NCBI RefSeq assembly: GCF_006345805.1
Contig: NC_043001.1
Coordinates: 100,316,001-100,380,000 of the forward strand
DNA from: Octopus sinensis
Lineage: Eukaryota
Direction of reading: 5' to 3'
Length of the DNA: 64,000 nucleotides
Part shown: piece by piece, positions 11,558 through 24,017 of the stretch
Position numbering within the stretch: the stretch's first letter is position 1
Layout: every line of letters begins with the position of its first letter
Notes under the pieces: generated by a model
The model's database searches: none
What the model saw: only the letters and a program-made list of their open reading frames with translations
Told to the model about the DNA's origin: nothing
Made by a program: the position numbers and the translations under genes

Positions 11558-13520
11558 CAGGGACATCCTGTCTTGAATTCCTCTGTTATTGTCTGGAGGA
11601 CTATGATAAATAGGAAGGGGCTGAGAACTGAACCATGGTGGACCCCTACCTCTACCAGGAATTTTTCAATGTACTCATTGCCAAACCTCACCTTACTGAC
11701 AGCGTCCCTGTATATGGCTTGCACAGCTCTCACTAACCACTCATCTATCCCTAGTTTCCTCATTGACCACCAGATAAGGGAATAGGGGACCCTATCAAAA
11801 GCTTTTCCCATGTCAACGAAAGCCAGGTACAGAGGTTTATCTTTGGCTAGGTATTTCTCCTGCAGCTGTCTTACCAGAAATATAGCATCATTGGTGCTTT
11901 TCCCTGGCATGAACCCAAATTGCATCTCATCTAAACTGACTCTCTCCCTAATTAGTTGGGTTATGACCCTCACCGTGACCTTAATTACCTGCTCCAACAA
12001 CTTAATACCTCCGTAATTATTTGTATCTAAAGCATCACCCTTATCTTTGTAGCAGTTCACTATGGTGCAGGATCTTTAAGCTTCCAGACTCTTCTCCTCC
12101 ATGCTGGTCGTATCTGGGCATCCATTCAGCCCTGATCCTGAAGTTGCTAACTACCAGTCTTTGTTGTGGCGTACATGTTTCACCTGGGAATGTTTTGGTA
12201 CTTATAAGCAGCCATCTTTCCCTTTTTCTGGTGAGGATGTAGTCAATTTGGCTAGTGTGTCTACCAGAATGGTAGGTTACTAGGTGACTGGCGAGTTTGC
12301 TGAAGTTAATATTGCAAACTGTAAGACCAGTTGCTCATAGAACTCCAGCAGGCTGGTTCCCTCCTCATTGTGGGAACCAAAACCATAGCCTCCATGTATG
12401 CCATGGAAGCCTCCTGTATGTTGTCCAACATGTCCATTGGAGTCACCAGCCACAAAGAGAAGGTCCCTGTCATTAGTCAACGCAGTAGTCTGCAAGAACG
12501 TATCATAGAATCGGTCTTTCTGTCCATCGGGTAGCCCCGGCTGTGGGGCATAGGCCAAAATAAGGGTTGCTAACCATGAGGAAGCACATCTAATCATAAA
12601 TATTCTGTCGCATACTCTGGCTGCCTTGATTACTTTATCAGCCCATTTCTCCACAAGAAGTATACCCACACCCCTGACCCTATCAGTGTTCCCTACCCAG
12701 AAAATCTTGTACCTGTGTTCTTTGCCTGTGGGAAACCTGGCGGAACCTCCTCTCCACCTTACTTCTTGGAGGCAGCACATATTGACACATCTCCATTAGT
12801 TCTCATTCCTAAGGTATCTCAACAATCTTACCAGACCTACCTTTCAGTGTGCCAACGTTGAATGTGCCAACTCTGAGGGTGTGGGAGGTGTGGGCCCGTG
12901 AGACCCTGGGATGGGGGACAGCAGCGTCATGTACCTGAAAAGAAAGCTCGCATTTAGCAGAATTCATAAAACAAATAATAGCTTTCAGCCTGCATACACT
13001 ACACCATCATTTTTAAGCACTATATGATTGCTACTTTACATGGGAGATAAACCCTAAGTAGGAGGTGGGGATGGCAATAAACCTTTAGAAGTGCTCATGG
13101 GAGACAGCCAAAGGATGACAGAGGATAGGAACTTCTGGTACAGGTGGAGGGGTGGTGGAAGGGCGTGCATGCCGTGAGATAGCAGATTTAGATGAGAGCA
13201 TCTTCTGGGTATGTATTCTTTTAGGGGTGCTATTAAAAATCGAGTAGGGAAATCCGAGTGCACGCACAAGATTATATAGGGTGGTGGTGGAGGAGGGGGG
13301 AAGTATTTGCGAAGCAAGTGGTAAATGAAACAGAGAGAAGGAGAGACAGAGTGAGGCAGAAAGAGAGGGGGGAGCAAACACGAGGGAGAAAATATTCTTT
13401 TGGAATTTTGGGTAACATAATTTAATGAAACAGCAAATGCTGATAATGGTGAAATAGAATTGAAAAATCTTAGAATTTCGGTCAGCCATTCTGCGACAAA
13501 ATTAGAGAAATAAGCGACGA
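11558..13520 (-). mobile_element. RTE-clade LINE 5' part (5' UTR, APE endonuclease, partial RT), internally deleted
   Basis: In-frame ATG ~12967 then LRVGTFNVGTL, CCLQEVRWRG, YAPQ, VAGDSNGHVG (APE); ORF 11464-12060 has QFGFMPGKST-x-DAIF, FVDMGKAFDRV, GVHHGSVLSPFLF (RT). The 5' boundary is uncertain. Confidence 0.9.
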
Positions 13521-13634
13521 TGTGATAAACTTGAATAAATGAGCATGTGACGATTAATGATTGTTTACGTGGTACTGAAATAGATAGAATAATGAACAGA
13601 ACTGTGCAGCTGGTAATTGAAGAAACACCATTTC

Positions 13635-14100
13635 GACCCTGTGTTTGAGGAGATCCATTGAGTCAAGTACACCAACATCAAAATCAATGGAAACTGCAGT
13701 TGTGATCCCTGAGACGGTGGCATGTAAAAGCACCATCTGAACGTGGCCGATGCCAGCGCCGCCTAGACTGGCTTCCGTGCCAGTGGCACGTAAAAAGCAC
13801 TATCCGAATCGTGGCCGATGCCAGCACATCCTTGACTGGCTTCCGTGCCGGTGGCATGTAAAAAGCACCAATCCGATTGTGGCCATTGCCAGCCTCGCCT
13901 GGCACCTGTGCAGGTGGCACATAAAAGCACCCACTACACTCACGAAGTGGTTGGCGTTAGGAAGGGCATCCAGCTGTAGAAACACTGCCAGATCAGACTG
14001 GAGCCTGGTGCAGCCTTCTGGCTTCCCAGATCCCCGATCGAACTGTCCAACCCATGCCAGCATGGAGAACGGACGTTAAACCATGATGATGATCATCATC
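13635..14100 (+). mobile_element. RTE LINE 3' UTR copy with 4 tandem GGCACGTAAAAGCACC-type units and (GAT)n tail
   Basis: Same sequence follows the RTE ORF at ~8050-8205; ends cccatgccagcatggagaacggacgttaaa then gat repeats. Confidence 0.85.
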
Positions 14101-14743
14101 ATATAAGCCAAGACAATTGTGACTGATGGTGCTGTTGGCGCATCTGATCACCTTCAAAGTAATTGAATTCAAGTTAAATTCATCTACTTTAAGTCCCACT
14201 GAAATCTTTTAGGTTAGACCATTGTTAGTATGTCTCCATGAGTAACCCTACCTGAAGTTAATATTCTTGATAGCAATGCTCTTGGAATCATAGGAAAATG
14301 CAAAGAAGTTCTGTGACCATTTTATGTCAATGTAATCATGGGGAGTCAATATACATTGGGAAAATATTTACCAGATTGTATTAAAGTAATAGGGCTGACT
14401 ATTAGCAAATTAAAATCCTTCCTGGTTAAACTCTGACATGGCTGCATTCCAATGATTGAAACCTGTAACAGAATAAAAGAATAAAAGCTTATTTATTCTC
14501 ATATTCATAAACATCTACATCTTCATTCATATATTCAACTTGAAATCACAGGGGAGGACAACCATCACAGTATGAAGCTGACTGCTGAACGAGATTTTAG
14601 CATAAGTATGTTATTGTAGTTACTTTTTTCACAAAATTATTCACTCACACACACACACACACACACTCATGTGCACATACATGTCTGAGCGTGTGTGTGT
14701 GTGTATATCTAAACACTAATTTTTAAAAAATTATAAATCTATA

Positions 14744-14792
<49 letters not shown>

Positions 14793-15113
14793 GCTTGTAT
14801 GTAAATCTTTTTGCAAATCTATGGTGAACAATAGAATTATTGATCTGTCAAAAATAATTGCTATCTTGACTACTAATAGATCACTTATTGATTAATTACA
14901 AATAGCAATGAGTGCTGGGGCTGGGGGAGATAGTACTCCTCATCCTTTTCGTTTGGTGTAAGATTCTAAATTTGCCAAATAGACTTTTTCTCAAAGCTTG
15001 AAATAAAATTCACTTCAAACCATTAGAAAATCATAAATAGTCAGCTACATTCTCTTACACTCTGCTACAAAACCAACAAAGAAATATCACTGCTACAACA
15101 ACAACAAACAATA

Positions 15114-15153
<40 letters not shown>

Positions 15154-15210
15154 TCTATCTGTCTGTCTCTCTATGTATTTCTTTACCACTTTACCTAAAT
15201 TTTTTCTTAA

Positions 15211-15549
15211 CCCTTTTAATGTGGAAAGCAGATAGATTCACTCAAAATTTTATTACTTTTAACTTCAGAAAGCAGGATTTACCCCATGGCCTTGAAAAAA
15301 AAAAAACTTCTATGTTTGCTAAAGAAGCTAAGATACCTCAGAGACACTATATTTTCTTAAAATTTTTTTCCCACATATTTCATCAAATATTTATTTATAG
15401 AGCAGGTGTTAAATAATTCTAGTTGTGGATAAGAAGACCATACCTACAAGAGATACTGAAGAAATTTTCCAGAGAAAAAATTATCTAGCTTTTGGAATAG
15501 TTAACATATTATAAGAATGACTACTAAATTTAATTATGCAGGGAAAGGG
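15211..15549. mobile_element. piggyBac-type MITE
   Basis: TTAA|CCCTTT ... AAAGGG|TTAA ends; AT-rich non-coding interior. Confidence 0.55.
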
Positions 15550-16865
15550 TTAAGAATCCCATCTGCAAATACATTTCATTTCACTTCTATGATTACTACA
15601 ATATTTAATTTCTGTTAGTTCATTGTAAATTTCGTTTTTAATACATATCTGGTTGATTTATAAATCAAAGTCAAATGGATTTAAATTAATATTCTGCTGA
15701 GGTTAGCTTTGCTTATCATCGTTTTGGGGTTGATAAAATACGTACCAGTTGAGCACCCCGAATATGATGGCCTTGTGCCATGGTGTTCAAAATTTGTTTT
15801 GTAAATAAACAGTAAAATACACATATGGACTCATTTCAGTTCTGCTGATGAAGGTAACATGTGTCCATATACTGCTAAAAATGTCTGAGTATCAGAGACA
15901 GAATTATAGCCAGAGAAGGCAGAAAACATATTTATTTATCTTAATAAGCACATTCATTATAGTTTCAAGTATCTCTTTTTTTTTGTTTTTGTTTTTAGTT
16001 TTATTGGTAAATGGTTATACCATTGCTCCAGATGTAACCCCTTTTGCAGCATCACTGAACTCTAATGCCTGTTCCAGTAAATAACAACAATTTTCAGGCA
16101 CAATGATTTGATGACAGAAAAAGAGGTGAAAGGGGTTATGAATACAGCAATTTCACCCCACTTGTGATGGAAAGAGAACAACTCACATAGTGAGTTGTAC
16201 TCTTTCTATAGAGAAAGGGTCCCTCTTCCAGTATGTGCAGTTTATAACAGTCTACCTTTGCATTACTTCCAGTAAGAAGCCTCATGTTCATTAGCCTTGC
16301 AGGAGATACACTGAGTCAACAACATATATTTTTCATCTTGTTGATGGCGTCGTCCATAAGATTACAATGTTATTTGAATTGCTTTTCGAGAATGTCTTTA
16401 AATGTTTTGATATTTTAGATCTGTGCATTAAGATTGCAGTTAATTATTTTCACAGAATTTGCATTAGCATTGGTTATCTTTGATTTTGATAAGGGTTAAA
16501 TTATCACTCAGTCACAATTGCTAATGGAGCATAAGTTCACACCAAGGATATTTGCTGTAAAACTTATCAAATACGATATCAACGTTACCCTCCTCATCAT
16601 CTAAATTAATATCCTAGTTAATTCTGCAACAAATCGTGTTAATCACTCTCAATCAAATTAAGATCAATAAGTTACTTTTATCACTTAAGCCACAACTGGG
16701 GAAATTATGGCTGAGACTGCGTGAAGCTGATCAGAAATATAGCCTGCTAAGCTGCTTGAAATAAACTTTATCTATTTGTCTGTCTGTCTGTCTGTCTATA
16801 TCTGTCTAAACATACAAATGTATGCGTGTGCATGTATATGTGTGTGTGTGTGTGTCTGTGTGTAC

Positions 16866-16922
<57 letters not shown>

Positions 16923-16936
16923 TATATGTACATATG

Positions 16937-16967
<31 letters not shown>

Positions 16968-17021
16968 GGAGATGTACTCGCATAGCAAGTAATTTGATCT
17001 GAGATTGTGTGCTGAAACGAA

Positions 17022-17209
17022 AACAATTGCAGCGTGGAAGGTGTTTATAAGCCATTTAAGAAACACACAAAAGCCGTTCGATTCACTTCAACATTTAAGT
17101 TTAATTTGTCAAAATATTTTGACAAATTAAACTTAAATGTGGAAGTGAATCGAACGGCTTTTGTGTGTTTCTTAAATGGCTTATAAACACCTTCCACGCT
17201 GCAATTGTT
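17022..17209. repeat. Spacer-less 188-bp palindrome
   Basis: 94-bp arms centred on aaaat|atttt (17115/17116), one mismatch seen. Confidence 0.95.
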
Positions 17210-17377
17210 ATATATATATATATATATATTTGAGTAGTTGAATGAATTATCTTATTATGGATAATTCGAATTAACTGATACCTGGGTTGCAAATTCACAT
17301 CAGAAAAAACACGGTTGAAGTTACGTGCCTTGGGCATAGATTACATGCTTTCGTGTGGAAATTTGTATGTTTATTTA

Positions 17378-17580
17378 AAAAATATAAATATATGAAAGAA
17401 TGGAGCTGAACGACGAATTAACAAAATTCCTTTATTTTCGACATATGTTTCGAAGGCTGCATATTCCTAATTGCGAAGGAATAAATAATTAGGAATATGC
17501 AGCCTTCGAAACATATGTCGAAAATAAGGAATTTTGTTAATTCGTCGTTCAGCTCCATTCTTTCATATATTTATATTTTT
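17378..17580. repeat. Inverted repeat, ~94-bp arms, 14-nt spacer
   Basis: Arms 17378-17472 and 17487-17580, one indel; contains GAAACATATGTC (hammerhead 3' half). Confidence 0.95.
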
Positions 17581-17586
17581 ATATAA

Positions 17587-17644
<58 letters not shown>

Positions 17645-18130
17645 ATATATACACATATATATATATACGAGTGTATGTATATATATGTATATATACATAT
17701 ATGTATACTTTACACACACACACATACATATGTATATGTATATATATATATGTGTCATGATTAGCAAAAAGTGAAACCGGTTGACAAACACAATATTCTT
17801 TCACTTATAAAAGATATTAAGAAATATATTGAAACTATGTAAACTGTGCATTTTCCTTCTTTTCTTTTGCATTTATATAGTATTGTTCTACTATTTTACT
17901 TGTTTCAGTCATTTGACTGCAGCCATACTGGAGCACTGCCTTTTATTCAAAGAAATCGACCCCAGACTTATCCTTTCTAGGTCTGGCAATTATTCTATCA
18001 GTCTCTTTTGCTGAACTGCTAAGTTATGGGGACGGAAACACACCAACATCGGTTGTCAAGTAATGGTGAAGGGGATAAACATAGACATGAAGACACACAA
18101 ACATAAATATACATACATATATATATATAT

Positions 18131-18978
18131 CATCATCATCATCATCATCATCGTTTTGCGTCCGTTTTCCATGCTAGCATGGGTTGGACGGGTCAACTGG
18201 GGTCTGTGAAGCTGGAAGGCTTCGTCAGGCCCAGTCAGATCTGGCAGTGTTTCTACGGCTGGATGCCCTTCCTAACGCCAACCACTCCGCGAGTGTAGTG
18301 GGTGTTTTTTACGTGCCACCTGCACAGGTGCCAGACAGAGCTGGCGAACGGCCACGAACGGATGGTGCTTTTACGTGTCACCGGCACGGGGCCAGGCGAT
18401 GCTGGCAACGGACACGAACGGATGGTGCTTTTACGTGCCACCGACACAGGGCCAGACAGAGCTGGCAACTGGCCACGAACGGACGGTGCTTTTACGTGTC
18501 ACCGGCACGGGGGCCAGCCGAGGCTGGCAACGGACACGGACGGATGGTGCTTTTACGTGCCACCGACACGGGGCCAGACAGAGCTGGCAAACGGCCACGA
18601 ATGGATGGTGCTTTTACGTGTCACCGGCACGGGGGCCAGCCGAGGCTGGCAACGGACGCGAACAGATGGTGCTTTTACGTGCCACCGACACGGTTGCCAG
18701 ACAGAGCTGGCAAACGGCCACGAGCGGACGGTGCTTTTACGTGTCACCGGCACGGGGGCCAGCCGAGCTGGCAACGGACACGGACGGATGGTGCTTTTAC
18801 GTGCCACCGACACGGGGCCAGACAGAGCTGGCAAACGGCCACGAACGGACGGTGCTTTTACGTGTCAACGGCATGGGGCCAGGCGAGGCTGGCAACGAAC
18901 ACGAACGGATGGTGCTTTTACGTGCCACCGACACGGGGCCAGGCAGAGCTGGCAAACGGCCATGAGCGAATGGTGCGC
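18131..18978 (-). mobile_element. RTE LINE 3' UTR copy nested in the SINE
   Basis: (CAT)n then the reverse complement of the RTE tail, then the tandem array. Confidence 0.9.
18301..18976 (-). repeat. GC-rich tandem array, ~11 units of ~60 bp alternating A/B
   Basis: ggtgcttttacgtg recurs about every 60 bp; units alternate tcaccggcacg..gccagccgaggctggc and ccaccgacacg..gccagacagagctggc. Confidence 0.95.
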
Positions 18979-19144
18979 GGTAAGCTTCTTTTAGTTTCCA
19001 TTTACCAAATCCACTGACAAGGCTTTGGTTGGCCTAAGGCTATAGTAGAAGGCACTTGCCCCAGATGCCACACAGTGAGACTGAACCCAGAATCATGTGG
19101 TTGGGGAGCAAACTTCTTACCACACAGCCACACCAATATATGTA

Positions 19145-19637
<493 letters not shown>

Positions 19638-20979
19638 ATGTATTGAGAAGAGCTTAAAATACATTGCAAGTGAGATTGGCTGTAGTTGACATACTAGAGT
19701 TTAGAAGTAGAAAACAACAGCCCTGAATGTCTCGGAAATTACAGCTTCCTTATTTCCACCAGTTCCACTAAGTTTATATTAAAGTCACCGAAAACAGATA
19801 AAATCTTAATCCTATCAATACACTTTTACAAGAAATAAGACGAGAAAGTTTTGTTAAATTAAACTCATTGACATAACAAGATATTTGCTTCAATTTACTT
19901 CCTCACAAATGTATTTTGTGAAATTCAATCAGAAATGCTGAAGTGTTTCTAAATAAAACTCAGTGCTCTACTTCTTCTTTTGTTTGGTAGATTTCAGTAA
20001 AACTAGATTCGAAATGGAAATTAAACAGAGATATTGTTTTGCTAAGGATGCAGACACAGAAGAATTAGAGTGCACCATATAGAACAGGAAAACATAAATA
20101 AAATATAAACATATATAAAACATTTGCAAAACATGAAAATATGAGGATCAATATTCTAGTGTTGAAATCGTTTTTTTTTCTTGTACTCTATCAAAGCTTT
20201 TTCATATTGCTTAGCTTGATGTAGTTAAATATAACTTAGAGTTCATTTGATCTGCTAAAATATAATTTAGTACCATTAATTTTCAACTTATCTACTTTAA
20301 CACGACTAGGTGCCATTGCATTTAAATGGGTCACATTACTTCAAGTATACCTTCCCAGAAATAATTAATCTTTTCTTTGACTTGATCAACCTAAATTATA
20401 TTCAGGTCCATTTTATGCAAATCACTTGGTACCATTGCTTTTACCTGTTCTGTCTAAAGAGAACCAGTCTTCCTTACTAGTTAATCTTTTCAGTAATGAT
20501 AACCATTTATATGGTTATTGCTTAAATTCAACTTCTGTAAGAGAATAAGAGTATAAAAGATTATAAAACTTCTTATAAGGAAGTTAGTCTGTCTTAGATA
20601 AGTTTCTTCAATAGATTCTTATCACTGAGTTTCAGTTGAATGATGCAGGATTAAAATTATTTCACAGAATCAGAGCCAAGGGCCTGAAGTAAACCCAGGC
20701 ATATAGCATCTGTGTTGGTCATCAGCTATTTAACCCCCCATTCATCTTACCTGTAGCTTTGCAAAGATAAGAATTAATTCGAAATTATTTCATAAGGAGT
20801 GAAAATATAGAATCAAAGCCAATAATACTTCTTGTTGAGAAAATACAGATATTTGTTAAGAGATTGATGTAGTTCTTGTAATTGTTTCTGCTACATTACA
20901 GATATTTCATCATTGAAGGTTAATTTAACCTCATTGGGATTTGAACTTACAATGTAGAAACTCCATAAGACATACCTAG

Positions 20980-21925
20980 TACAAGCTAAGGACACATAAG
21001 GGGTACAGCAGTATCAGAGAAAGGATAACAAAGAAAGCAGTTTTTTTGTGCAGCAGATGTGTAGGCACGATAAATACTTGGAATGAACAAAGAATAAACT
21101 TTGTCAAATGCCCAAGGAAATATCTAGAAGTAGTAGATAGCTTCTGTTACTTAAGGGACAAAATCAGCAGTGGAGGTGGATGCTCTGGGAGTGTAGCTGC
21201 TAGAATAAGAACAGGCTGGGCAAAGTTCAGAGATCTTCTACCTTCATTGGTAACAAAGGGCTTCTCCCTCTGAGTGAAGGGCAGATTATGTGATGTCAGT
21301 GTGTGAACAGCCATGCTACATGGCAGTGAAACATGGGCTGTGATTGCAGAGGACATGTAAAGGCTTGAAAGCAATGAAGCTTGCATGCTCTGCTGGATAT
21401 GCAATATCAGTGTGAATGTACAACAGAATGTGTCTTAAGATAAAGTCTGGGTATAAGTGGCATCAGATGCAGTGTTCAAGAGAAAAGACTGTTCGTTTGA
21501 TCATGTATTGCATATAGATGAGGACAGCTGCATAAAGAAGTACTGATCTCTGACTTTGGAGGGAATCTTTGGAAGAGGTAGACCCAGGAAGACATGGGAT
21601 GATGTGGAGAAATATGATCTTCAGATGTTAAGTCTCATACAGATGATGGCAAATGACAGAGACTGTTGGCAATTTGCTGTACTTGATAAGACACTGGAGC
21701 TTAGTGAAATTGTAGTTTGTGACCAGTGCTGGTTACACATAAAAGGCATGTGTGCTGGTGACATGTAAAAGGCATCCATGTTAAGGGCAGCTTGTACACG
21801 GTGTGGAGTGGTTGGCATTGGGAAGGGCATCCAATCTTAGAAACTAATCCAATATTGACTGTGGTCTAGTTTACTAGTTCCAGTCGAAATGTCTGACCCA
21901 TGCCAGAATGGAAAACGGACGCTGA
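20980..21925 (+). mobile_element. Decayed RTE LINE 3' fragment
   Basis: LEVVDSFCYL...RIRTGWAKFRDLLP and GRGRPRKTWDDV, followed by the 3' UTR. Confidence 0.9.
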
Positions 21926-21962
<37 letters not shown>

Positions 21963-21981
21963 CGATGATGACAACGACAAC

Positions 21982-22013
<32 letters not shown>

Positions 22014-22051
22014 CGATGATGACAACGACAACGATGATGATGATGATGATG
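21926..22051 (+). repeat. (GAT)n/(GAC)n tract, expanded RTE tail
   Basis: Directly follows the RTE 3' end. Confidence 0.95.
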
Positions 22052-22289
22052 AATGTAAGGACCCAAATGTTATGAAGCCAAAGGATTAAAGGAGGGAATT
22101 TGAACTCAAACATAAAGGGGTGAAGCCAAATGCTTTAGGCATTTAGAACTGTTTAGCAACTTCAGTCCCTGACCCACAGACCAGGGAATTAAGCAAAGAA
22201 GTCTTACAATGGTTGAGCTTAGACAATTGTTATTGGCTGGGTACAGTCTATTAATTCTTATCCTCTTGGGCTCAGAAAGACAAACATTC

Positions 22290-22585
22290 AAGACCACTCT
22301 TGTGGGAAATGACTGAGCCCCTTGGTGACATGGTGTGTTTGAGAAACCGAGTGAAATCCTGGTCATGGCAGATACTGGTGTCACGCAACTGACACCTGTG
22401 CTGGTGGCACATAAAAGCACCCATTACATTCTCAGACTGGTTGGCATTAGCAAGGGCATCCAGCCGTAGAAACCATGCCAAATCAGACTGGAATCTGGTG
22501 CAGCCTTCCAGCTTGCCAGCCCTGGTCAAACTGCCCAGTCCATGCCAGCATGGACAATGGATGTTCAGTGATGATGATGATGATG
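22290..22585 (+). mobile_element. RTE LINE 3' UTR copy
   Basis: Homology to 13635-14100; ends in (GAT)n. Confidence 0.85.
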
Positions 22586-24017
22586 AATGTAAAGAGATAT
22601 AACTCTACACACAAAAGGGAATTTAATATGGTACTTTATTCTTTCTAGATATGTTGGTAACTATTTTTATAGACACCCAGAGGAATAGTTAGTCCCAGCA
22701 AAAATTGAACTTAGAATGAAAGGGGCATAACGAAATAATGATTTCATGCATTGGCCATCAAGAAAGGAATTTTTTTCAGGGTTCTATTGTCTCTGCCAAT
22801 CTACCTTTTAGATGTCAAGAAATGAAGTAATAGAAAATTTTAATGGAAAAGTAAATCATTCAATTTCAGTCTCTTTTGGAGATGGAAGCAGAGTTGTAGA
22901 ATCAGTTCTCAGCATTTTTATAGAAATACGCAAATGAAAAACTAATGTGAACAGAAATGGTAGGTTAGCATCTAAGAGTATCAAAACTAATCAATCAAAT
23001 CTGAATAAACTCTGCAAACAAATCCTGATAATAAATTCTATATTCAAATACCATTAATGTGTTAAGTAATCAAACTTGATATTTATACAACAATATTGGC
23101 TAATGAAAACTAAGACTGGATGCCTGTTACAGGGACACAATTCAGTCAGGTGGGAATTCTTCAATGTCCTCTACATGCTTTATTTGCAGCCAGTTATGGT
23201 TAGAGTTAGTAATAGCCACAGTAGAATATGCACACGCATGCTCACACACACACGTGCATATGTATATACATTTGGTCATAGACATTGGTTTCTGTGTGTG
23301 ATTCTATGACTTAATCTTTTAACTTTGATTTTAAAAAATTTTTCTTTTCAAAGTGGTTGTATTTACTCATTTGCTACCGACTTCTCTGTTGTTCTTTCTC
23401 AGAAAAAGCCACACACACACACCACACACACACACACACACTCACATATGTATGCTCTCTTATGTTTTTAGTTATTTGAAATCTTCATCTGTGAAAAGAA
23501 TTGCTTTCTAACAAAGGCACAAAGCTCCATCGTTGGAGAGAAGATAACAAAAGTAATAACAAATTTTAAACTTGAGGAAACTCTTGCATATTTTTATTGT
23601 TCCACTTACAGAATGTATTTGTTATATGCTAGTTAGTTGGGTTTTTTTCTGAAAATCCAAGCATATCCAGAATGTCAGTGAGGAATTTACTCACAAAACC
23701 AAATGCACCAATTATTACTATAGATGTGAATTTAAACTCTGGGTACAGAAGCTGGAGGTTTTGAAGCAGTTGTCCCTAGTTATCCTCTTCCCTTTTGATT
23801 TTCAAAGAGATATTCACAAGAAAAACTACAACAAATAATAATAATAATAATAATAATAACAAAATTAGCAATAATAAACCATACTAATACCATTAATAAT
23901 GTACTAATCTAAGAATTTGACCAAATTTTTATCTAATTTCTACGGCATTTCCTAATGCAAGAATTCTAAATTGTTAATCAGTGTTGTATCAAACCAGATA
24001 CAAACATAAAATATAAA

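Larger units (their letters stand above)
17895..19133 (-). mobile_element. SINE family A split by a nested insertion (3' half 17895-18130, 5' half 18983-19133)
   Basis: Both halves are colinear with 31971-32380. Confidence 0.85.

Noticed and set aside
12925-12950. Splice acceptor before the RTE endonuclease (intron in a LINE)
   Set aside because: An in-frame ATG at ~12967 reads through without splicing; no clear donor
18301-18976. CRISPR-like repeat-spacer array
   Set aside because: The spacers are themselves repeated (A/B), there are no cas genes, and the array lies in a eukaryotic LINE 3' UTR
18184-19017. 277-aa and 230-aa ORFs as protein genes
   Set aside because: Stop-free translations of a GC-rich tandem repeat in several frames
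20650-20730. Minus-strand CTGATGA...GAAA hammerhead
   Set aside because: Stems I and III cannot be formed convincingly
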